A DNA stretch of 64,000 nt. Origin: an uncultured Clostridia bacterium (lineage in GTDB: Bacteria; Bacillota; Clostridia; TANB77; CAG-465). The translations under genes were made by a program, and so were the position numbers. The notes beneath the pieces are model-generated. The model saw only the letters and a list, made by a program, of their open reading frames with translations, ran no database searches and was not told where the DNA came from. Below, in pieces: positions 57,577 through 64,000 of the stretch (positions within the stretch are counted from its first letter, which is position 1; every line of letters starts with the position of its first letter). The stretch covers positions 134,077 to 198,076 of the forward strand of contig CANQYI010000003.1 in NCBI GenBank assembly GCA_947628005.1. The letters run 5' to 3'.

Positions 57577-58404
57577 CTATTCTAGACTTATATTTCCTAT
57601 CTTTCCTGATTTTAAGTCATCTAAGAAAATTTTAGAAGTCCTTACCATATCAACTTTTCCACCTGATACTAAGCATCCTCTTTTTTTACCTATTAACTCT
57701 AACAGTTCATATGTATCAAGATTTAAACTCGAATCATCTAATTTATATTTACTAATTAGCATACTAGAATATTTTGGAACGTTAAGTAACATCTTAAGAC
57801 CTTCACATGCTAATTCTTCAACATCTAAAATTTCTTGCTTTATATTCCCCGTAAGTGCTAATTTTAATCCTGCATCATTATCTGAAATTCTTGGCCATAA
57901 CAGTCCAGGTGTGTCTAAAATATCTATATTATCTGCCACTCTAATCCATTGCTTTTTTAAGGTTACCCCTGGTTTATTTCCGACATTTGCTACTTCTTTT
58001 CCTGCTATTTTATTTATAATTGTAGATTTGCCTACATTTGGAATTCCTACTATTAAAACTCTATAAATTGGCTTAATCTTGACAGACTTATCTAGATATT
58101 TTTGGTTATATATCTTTTTTCCTATTATTTTTATTTTTTCTATTATATTTGAAATATTTTCTGATATATTAGCATTAGTTGATATACATGTATAGCCTTC
58201 TTTTTCAAATTTTTTAATCCACACTTCTAAATTTTCTTTATCTGCAAGATCAGACTTATTTAAGACAATTATTCTTTGCTTTCCTTTTGTGAGTTCATGT
58301 ATATTTGGATTAGAGCTAGAAACTGGAATTCTTGCATCTAATACTTCGACCACTATATCAATCAATTTTAATGTATCTTTTATCTCATTTTGCGCTTTTA
58401 CCAT
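57577..58404 (-). CDS. rbgA: ribosome biogenesis GTPase A (YlqF/RbgA)
   Basis: Circularly permuted GTPase order: NKSDL (G4) ... GIPNVGKST (G1) ... DTPG (G3). Confidence 0.85.
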   Translation of the reverse strand: MVKAQNEIKDTLKLIDIVVEVLDARIPVSSSNPNIHELTKGKQRIIVLNKSDLADKENLEVWIKKFEKEGYTCISTNANISENISNIIEKIKIIGKKIYNQKYLDKSVKIKPIYRVLIVGIPNVGKSTIINKIAGKEVANVGNKPGVTLKKQWIRVADNIDILDTPGLLWPRISDNDAGLKLALTGNIKQEILDVEELACEGLKMLLNVPKYSSMLISKYKLDDSSLNLDTYELLELIGKKRGCLVSGGKVDMVRTSKIFLDDLKSGKIGNISLE

Positions 58405-58520
58405 ATGCCCGTGGATACCAAACCACTGAAATTTTAGAATTTTCTTTGTTATTATCTAAATTTTCATTATTTTTATTTCTTTTATTTTTCAATTTTACTC
58501 ACCCACCTTTTCTAAATAAA

Positions 58521-58618
58521 ATTTGATTTATAAATTTCTATAGGTCAATTTTTTTGATTTTTTTGACTTATAGATTTTTATAGGTCAATTTTTTTGATTT
58601 TTTTGACTTATAAACTTT
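58521..58618. repeat. about 2.5 tandem copies of a 40-bp AT-rich repeat (tataggtcaatttttttgatttttttgacttata...)
   Basis: Copies at 58539-58578 and 58579-58618 differ at 3 positions. A partial degenerate copy precedes them. Each unit contains TTGATT/TTGACT hexamers. Confidence 0.8.
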
Positions 58619-58638
58619 TGTAATTTAATTCCAAAAAA

Positions 58639-59775
58639 TTATTTAAATAATTCAATATATTTATCAAAAGTAAAAACTTGATTCCTTGAATATCCTGTTT
58701 TTTCAGTAATTATATCATTATCAAGTAATATATTGATTATATTCTTAATCGTACCTGATTTAATTCCTGTTTTTTGTATTAAATAATTTCTATTAACTGT
58801 TGGTTCATCATACAAAACCTCTATAACCTTTTTTAAATTTTCCGTTTTTGCTGGTAATTTCATAATTAAATCATTAATTTCATTTGTAAACTTAATGACT
58901 TTTTCAAATTTTACTCTCGCTGTTTTTGCTGTTTCTATCATTGCTTCTAAGAAAAATTTTATCCAAGAAATCATATCATTATTAGTCCTTACTCTACTTA
59001 AGAAATCGTAATAAGCCTCTTTATTTTTTTCAATATAATCTGATATATAAAAACAAGGCTTATTTATTATTCCCTTACTTAATAAATAAATTGGAATTAA
59101 AATTCTTCCAGTTCTTCCATTTCCATCTAAAAATGGATGTATTGATTCGAACTGATAATGAATCATTGCAATCTTTATTAATTCAGGCACATTTATATTA
59201 TCATTATTTATAAATTTTTCTAAATCACTAAGACAATTTCCTATTTCACTTGGTATTGGTGGTACATATACTGCATTATCTGGTCTTGTCCCGCCAATCC
59301 AATTTTGAGAAATTCTATATTCTCCTGGATTTTTATGCTTTCCTCTAACATCTTTTAATAAAATTGCATGTATTTCTTTTATCAGTCTTGTACATACAGG
59401 TAATTCTTTTATTCTTTCAATTCCATAGTTCATAGCTTCTACATAATTTTGAACTTCTTGCCAATCATCTCTTTTTTCAGGATCAACATCCAACTTTTCT
59501 AATAAATCTTCATCAATTGTAGTTCTAGTTCCTTCAATTCTGCTAGATTTATTGGCTTCAACTTTTACATGCATTTTAATATAAATATCTATATTTGGAA
59601 TCTGCTCAGCAAAACCATTTAATGCTCCAAGTTGCAAGCTAGCTTCAGATAATAATTTATTAAGTTTACTATCATTCCATATCCATTCATCATTTATTTT
59701 ACTTGGCATAAATGCTTTATAATCATTTACTTTTAGATAACTTCCTGATTGATATTCTTCTAACTTTTGCATCAA
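58639..59775 (-). CDS. Fic-family protein
   Basis: Canonical Fic motif HPFLDGNGRTGRIL in a 378-aa protein with a C-terminal wHTH-like tail. Confidence 0.85.
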   Translation of the reverse strand: MMQKLEEYQSGSYLKVNDYKAFMPSKINDEWIWNDSKLNKLLSEASLQLGALNGFAEQIPNIDIYIKMHVKVEANKSSRIEGTRTTIDEDLLEKLDVDPEKRDDWQEVQNYVEAMNYGIERIKELPVCTRLIKEIHAILLKDVRGKHKNPGEYRISQNWIGGTRPDNAVYVPPIPSEIGNCLSDLEKFINNDNINVPELIKIAMIHYQFESIHPFLDGNGRTGRILIPIYLLSKGIINKPCFYISDYIEKNKEAYYDFLSRVRTNNDMISWIKFFLEAMIETAKTARVKFEKVIKFTNEINDLIMKLPAKTENLKKVIEVLYDEPTVNRNYLIQKTGIKSGTIKNIINILLDNDIITEKTGYSRNQVFTFDKYIELFK

Positions 59776-59927
59776 TTATCCCTCCTTTTTATCAAATATA
59801 TTTTTAAATAATCCTCTTTTATTAAAAAATGTAAAAATCTCAATATATAAAAAGCCAGTATTTTCAACGGCTTGAGCGAGTGTTTCTATAAATTAGTTTA
59901 TCGCAGTTGATGTTTGTTTTGTTTTCA

Positions 59928-60818
59928 TTATTCATTTTCTTCACCTTCTTCTTTGGCTAATTCATATAATTCTTTCTCGTCTTTGACTATTTTAATTAAT
60001 TCTTCTTTAGAAGGTAAATATGTTAAGTATTTTGATGCATATACATTTTTTACTTCATCTCCTAAAGTCATCTCAACAACAGCATCATCTTTGTCGGCAC
60101 ATAATAGTATTCCAATTGGCTCATTTTCTCCTTCTATCATTTGAGTCTTTTTATAATAATTCACATACATTTGCATTTGTCCTATATCTTGATGTGTTAA
60201 TTTTCCAATTTTTAAATCTATTATAACAAAACATTTAGCTAATCTGTTATAAAATACCAAATCTGGATAATAATATTCTGAGCCTATTTTTATTCTCTGT
60301 TGGCTAGCAACAAAAGAAAATCCTCTACCTAATTCAAGTAAAAATTCAGTTAAATGACTTAATAATGCTTTTTCTAAATCCGTTTCTAAATAATTTCTAT
60401 TTTCCTTTAATCCTGCAAATTCAAATATATATGGTGTTTTTAACAATTCTTCTGGCTGTTTTTCTATTAATCCTTTTTTAGCATCTTCTATTATTAAATT
60501 TTTATCTGGTGATATTAAATATCTATCATATAATTTAATGTTGATTTGCCTACGAAGTTCTCTACATCCCCAATTCGATTTAATGGATTCAGCTTTATAA
60601 AATTCCCTTTCTTCTTTTCTCTCTATTCTAATTAACTCTTGAAAATGTGCCAAACTTAATTCGGTCGACACTGTCGACCATATTGGATACATCTCATAAA
60701 ATCTTCTCATTCTTCTAATACTTACAGAAGAAAATCCACTTTCAAATTCCTTTGTAAGTTTATTCGATAATGATTCTACTATTTTTTTTACCATATGATT
60801 TATCTGTGGCATTATCAA
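59928..60818 (-). CDS. YhcG/DUF1016-family PD-(D/E)xK nuclease-like protein, apparently N-terminally truncated
   Basis: YYPDLVFYNRLAKCFVIIDLKIGKLTHQDIGQMQMYVNYY is the DUF1016 restriction-endonuclease-like core. Aligns to family members starting around residue 60. The frame closes 4 codons upstream of a TTG start. Confidence 0.6.
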   Translation of the reverse strand: MIMPQINHMVKKIVESLSNKLTKEFESGFSSVSIRRMRRFYEMYPIWSTVSTELSLAHFQELIRIERKEEREFYKAESIKSNWGCRELRRQINIKLYDRYLISPDKNLIIEDAKKGLIEKQPEELLKTPYIFEFAGLKENRNYLETDLEKALLSHLTEFLLELGRGFSFVASQQRIKIGSEYYYPDLVFYNRLAKCFVIIDLKIGKLTHQDIGQMQMYVNYYKKTQMIEGENEPIGILLCADKDDAVVEMTLGDEVKNVYASKYLTYLPSKEELIKIVKDEKELYELAKEEGEENE

Positions 60819-61003
60819 ATAATTCAGAAGTTATTTTACCAACATACCATGATAGTACGAATTTTCTAAACACCTTTTATGACTTATTACCTTTTTTCTA
60901 TTCTATCAGATAATTTATTTACTCCGTTTCTTTATTTATACAACTTCTTTTAACATTGTATCATACTTTTCATTTTTATTATTAGTTTAATATTTAATTG
61001 AAT

Positions 61004-61489
61004 TTATTTGTTAATATGTTTTTCCATTTCTGCATCATCAGCAATACTTTCCATGTACTTAATTACTTCTTCTAATTTTTTTGGCATATCTTCATAACCT
61101 TCAATTTTATATGTTTTATTATCTAATTTTATGAAGAAACTCCAACATAACCCATCTAAAACTTCTTCGTCATTGTATTCAGTTTTAGACATTTTTTCGA
61201 GATTTATATTTTTTACTAACTCTATAAGTTTATTTATTTTTAAATTTTCTTTTATATAAATACTTATAAGTCTAGGATCATCATCTTCTATAAAATGAAA
61301 TCCTTCTTTTTCTTTAAAAGAAATTTTATCATGAATTTTAATATATTTTTCTCCATTAGGAATATAATTTGGAACCGCTGAATGTATTCTTTCAATTTTA
61401 AAATCTTCAATCTCTTTTTTTGAAAGTTTTATATATGTACCACCTTCAAAAAAAGCAGCACCATAATAACCTATAATTAAATCATCCAT
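61004..61489 (-). CDS. hypothetical protein (161 aa), third gene of an uncharacterised operon
   Basis: ATG at 61489 overlaps the upstream gene's stop by 8 nt (ATGGATGA). No recognisable motif. Confidence 0.5.
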   Translation of the reverse strand: MDDLIIGYYGAAFFEGGTYIKLSKKEIEDFKIERIHSAVPNYIPNGEKYIKIHDKISFKEKEGFHFIEDDDPRLISIYIKENLKINKLIELVKNINLEKMSKTEYNDEEVLDGLCWSFFIKLDNKTYKIEGYEDMPKKLEEVIKYMESIADDAEMEKHINK

Positions 61490-63116
61490 TGTTATTACTC
61501 CAATCATAATTTAATATATCTAATCCAATATTTAACCATCTACTATATATTTCAACAGGTTGCAATCCTTTTATTTTTTCTTGAAATAGATTATTTATAG
61601 AATCATTTATAAATAAATGATTTCCAACTCCTATATCAACATGTATGAATCCATTTTGAACTCCAGTAACTGTTTCAAAGATTCCGCAATTTAGAGTTTT
61701 TAATGTACTAAATTTTGAATATAATTTTTTAACATCAAAGTTTAAAATATTTGTACGATAGAGTTTTATATCATTTTCCTTTTTAGTAATAATTTCAATG
61801 CCATTTGGTTCGCCCATAGCTCCACCTTCTGCAAGAGAAAAAAACATTACATCTTTTTCTTCGAAATCATTTAAATTATTATCATCAATTTCAATAAATG
61901 CAATTAAATATGAAAACAGTTTTTTCTCTAGTAATTCTATTGTTCCATTTTCTAAATTCGTAGCTATCATTCCATCACAAAATCTCTCTCCTCTAATAAT
62001 ATGAGTTAAGTATGAGAGTATTTCATCAAAGTTTAAATCTTCAATATTTTTATCTTTTATATAATCAAAGTTTTCAAGATGATTATGGTCTAATAATTTC
62101 AAGTTATAAAATGCTTCAATCCAATCATATATAGTTTTGTCATATTTAGGAAAAGGCATAGTAAATGAGCCATCTTCATTTTCTTTTGAACTTTGCCACT
62201 CTACCATTTGACTTTTTATAAAAGGTAGTTTTTTTGCTCTATCTTTTATATTTTTATAATCTTCAAATTCAAAATCATCATCAAGATAATCATATTCTTC
62301 CTTAAATAGATTTATATTTTTACTATTATATTCTTCATACTCCTCTTTTGAGCTTCTTCTAATTATTCTTTTTGTTCTATTTATAGGAAAAGGAACATTT
62401 CTATAAGAAAATGTTTCAATATTTTTAACAATAGCAGGACAAGATGATTCTTTTACTGGAACATAAACATAATCTCCAACATTCAAATTTTCTATATTTG
62501 AAATATAATAAAATGTTTTATCTTGATCTTCCTTATATTTTACTGAAACATAAGTATATAGAGTATTATAGATATCTAAAACTTTTAACTTTATTCTTTT
62601 TGCAGAAATATAGATTCCGTTATCATCAATTTCTAAAGATATTTTTTTACCTATTTTATTTACAGTAATACTGTCTATATAGGTTTCATTAGTAAAATAA
62701 GCCATAGTAAAATCATCTACATCATAAAGATAAAATTCTATTTCTTGTTCTCCATCCTTTAAAAAGACTTCTGCATTACCATCTTTATTAAATATTTTAT
62801 ATATTTCAGCTCCATCAAAGAAATCGTTTTTTTGTAAATAAATATCTATTTTTTCATAGTCAGTTAATTCAATATATTTCTTTTCTGTTATATTAACTCT
62901 TTCTTTTTTTTCAATTAAAATATTTAATTCAATTAAATAGTCTTCATATACGCTAGCTATAACTTCAGGAGAAGGATTTACAAAATATTCTTCCTCTTTT
63001 ATTTTACCTTGTTTATAGTCGCTTATATATTGCTCTAAATGTTCTTTTTCTTTATATAATTTATCTAAATCCCAATTTTGTTTTTCTTCAATATATGAAG
63101 CTGGACTAATCATCAT
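61482..63116 (-). CDS. hypothetical protein (544 aa), second gene of an uncharacterised operon
   Basis: ATGATG start at 63116 6 nt after AGGAAG. No Walker, HxH, HNH or other catalytic signature recognised. Acidic, D/E/N/Y-rich. Confidence 0.5.
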   Translation of the reverse strand: MMISPASYIEEKQNWDLDKLYKEKEHLEQYISDYKQGKIKEEEYFVNPSPEVIASVYEDYLIELNILIEKKERVNITEKKYIELTDYEKIDIYLQKNDFFDGAEIYKIFNKDGNAEVFLKDGEQEIEFYLYDVDDFTMAYFTNETYIDSITVNKIGKKISLEIDDNGIYISAKRIKLKVLDIYNTLYTYVSVKYKEDQDKTFYYISNIENLNVGDYVYVPVKESSCPAIVKNIETFSYRNVPFPINRTKRIIRRSSKEEYEEYNSKNINLFKEEYDYLDDDFEFEDYKNIKDRAKKLPFIKSQMVEWQSSKENEDGSFTMPFPKYDKTIYDWIEAFYNLKLLDHNHLENFDYIKDKNIEDLNFDEILSYLTHIIRGERFCDGMIATNLENGTIELLEKKLFSYLIAFIEIDDNNLNDFEEKDVMFFSLAEGGAMGEPNGIEIITKKENDIKLYRTNILNFDVKKLYSKFSTLKTLNCGIFETVTGVQNGFIHVDIGVGNHLFINDSINNLFQEKIKGLQPVEIYSRWLNIGLDILNYDWSNNNG

Positions 63117-63128
63117 ATTTAACACTTC

Positions 63129-63575
63129 CTACTTTTTTATTTCTTCAATATCTCTGTATATATTTTCATTTTGTTTATCCCATCTAATCCCACAATTTAA
63201 GCATAGATAATCTCTAGTATAGTAATCTCCACATGCCCATGGATTACTATATAAGCCTATTTTTTCAAATTTCTTTTTTTCAGCCTCTTTTTGTTCTTTT
63301 GTGCCATTAAATAGTCTATAATATAAATCTCCTGCATAAGTTCTTGCAACATATCTACCATTACAATTAGGACATTTTAAATCATTAGAATTATATTTAA
63401 TTTTGCCTCCTATACCAATAACATTATTAAGAATAAATTGAGATTTTTTAGAATTTTTTAAATCAAAATCTTTGAATTCATTTTGCAGTTTATCAATAGC
63501 TTCTCCTAAATTATTAAATTCAAGATTAAGAATTGTTTCAACTTCCTTATCAGTTAATATAATATTATATTTCAT
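63129..63575 (-). CDS. hypothetical zinc-ribbon protein (148 aa), first gene of an uncharacterised operon
   Basis: Start at MKYNIILTD after AGAGGT. CPNC...(46 aa)...CLNC cysteine pairs suggest a zinc ribbon. Confidence 0.5.
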   Translation of the reverse strand: MKYNIILTDKEVETILNLEFNNLGEAIDKLQNEFKDFDLKNSKKSQFILNNVIGIGGKIKYNSNDLKCPNCNGRYVARTYAGDLYYRLFNGTKEQKEAEKKKFEKIGLYSNPWACGDYYTRDYLCLNCGIRWDKQNENIYRDIEEIKK

Positions 63576-63622
63576 AAATATACCTCTTTTTATAATCAAA
63601 AAGCAAAACTTTAATTGTTTGT

Positions 63623-63651
63623 ATTATATCAAAAAATCCCGATTTTTACAA
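63623..63651 (-). promoter_or_regulatory. promoter of the three-gene operon (TTGTAA-17-TGaTATAAT, extended -10)
   Basis: Read on the minus strand: ttgtaaaaatcgggattttttgatataat, about 45 nt upstream of the first gene's RBS. Confidence 0.5.
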
Positions 63652-63730
63652 GCCACGAAAACTCTTTATGACCGACTATATTTTCTTTGCTACTACAATC
63701 ATTCTTCCATTTTTCTCACTTTCTCGGAGG

Positions 63731-63766
63731 CATAAAAAAGAAGATAAATTTTTTAAATTATCTTCT
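63731..63766 (-). terminator. intrinsic terminator downstream of rmlC
   Basis: gaagataa-N10-ttatcttc stem followed on the minus strand by TTTTTTATG. Confidence 0.55.
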
Positions 63767-63843
63767 ATATTTGTGATATTTACTTTAATATTTTGAACTT
63801 CTATTATTTATACAACGTTTTTAACATTATATCTTATATATTT

Positions 63844-64000
63844 TTAAATAAATCTGTTTCCTTTAATTCTTTTAATGTTGGCCATTTTGCATCCTTCTCA
63901 GATGTAATTAAATCCTCTTTCTTTAAATTTCCCATTGGCCACACAATTCCAACATCTGGATCATCGAATTTAAGTCCGCCTTCAGCTTCATGATTATATA
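63844..64000 (-). CDS. rfbC: dTDP-4-dehydrorhamnose 3,5-epimerase, 3' end only (gene continues beyond the window)
   Basis: C-terminal translation ...YNHEAEGGLKFDDPDVGIVWPMGNLKKEDLITSEKDAKWPTLKEL... matches the RmlC C-terminal pattern (...GIRWDDPxLGIDWP...ILSEKD...). Confidence 0.7.

Noticed and set aside
63793-63993. 66-aa plus-strand ORF at the window end
   Set aside because: It is antisense to a clear RmlC C-terminal coding region on the minus strand. The minus-strand translation has family-typical motifs and the plus-strand ORF has none.

Overview
This 64-kb window is an AT-rich (about 27-30% GC) Firmicutes chromosome segment. It looks like a Clostridium-type spore former, judging from SpoIVA, a DpaB-like flavoprotein, a LexA with a GAAC/GTTT-type box, and heavy N/K/I codon bias. 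Most of it is conserved housekeeping backbone: RmuC, GlmU, RF2, RluA-family pseudouridine synthase, L32, ArgS, Rho, RimO/MiaB-family methylthiotransferase, LexA, an SDR oxidoreductase, a two-component pair, SpoIVA, pyruvate kinase, L28, endonuclease III, LeuS, a dGTPase-like HD protein, DagK, MurB, YvcK, FtsY, aspartate kinase, a PerM-type transporter, an ABC exporter pair, RbgA and a 3' fragment of RmlC.

On top of that backbone I see three accessory or anomalous patches. (1) A roughly 500-nt segment at 15.8-16.3 kb has much higher GC (about 47%) than its surroundings. It has a consensus sigma-A promoter, several perfect hairpins and an intrinsic terminator. It is either an unrecognised structured RNA or a small foreign-codon ORF. 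(2) A roughly 4.4-kb islet sits immediately after a five-gene tRNA cluster (Val-Asp-Phe-Gly-Cys). It is bounded by two near-identical terminator-like hairpins. It carries a Phd/YefM-ParE/RelE toxin-antitoxin pair translationally overlapped with a Sel1-repeat gene, and that module is flanked by perfect 25-bp direct repeats. It also carries an ORF6N/ORF6C phage-type protein, a GC-atypical 249-aa unknown protein and a Bro-N-like fragment. (3) At 58.5-63.7 kb there is a defense-island-like stretch with Fic, an N-terminally truncated DUF1016 PD-(D/E)xK nuclease, 40-bp tandem repeats, and a tightly overlapped three-gene operon of proteins with no recognisable domains (zinc-ribbon 148 aa, 544 aa, 161 aa) driven by its own TTGTAA-17-TGnTATAAT promoter. 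This operon is my best candidate for an undescribed system.

I also found two small genes below the ORF-track length cut-off. One is a 59-aa Cys/Asn/Gln-rich protein with a sigma-K-like promoter. The other is a 50-aa hydrophobic protein.
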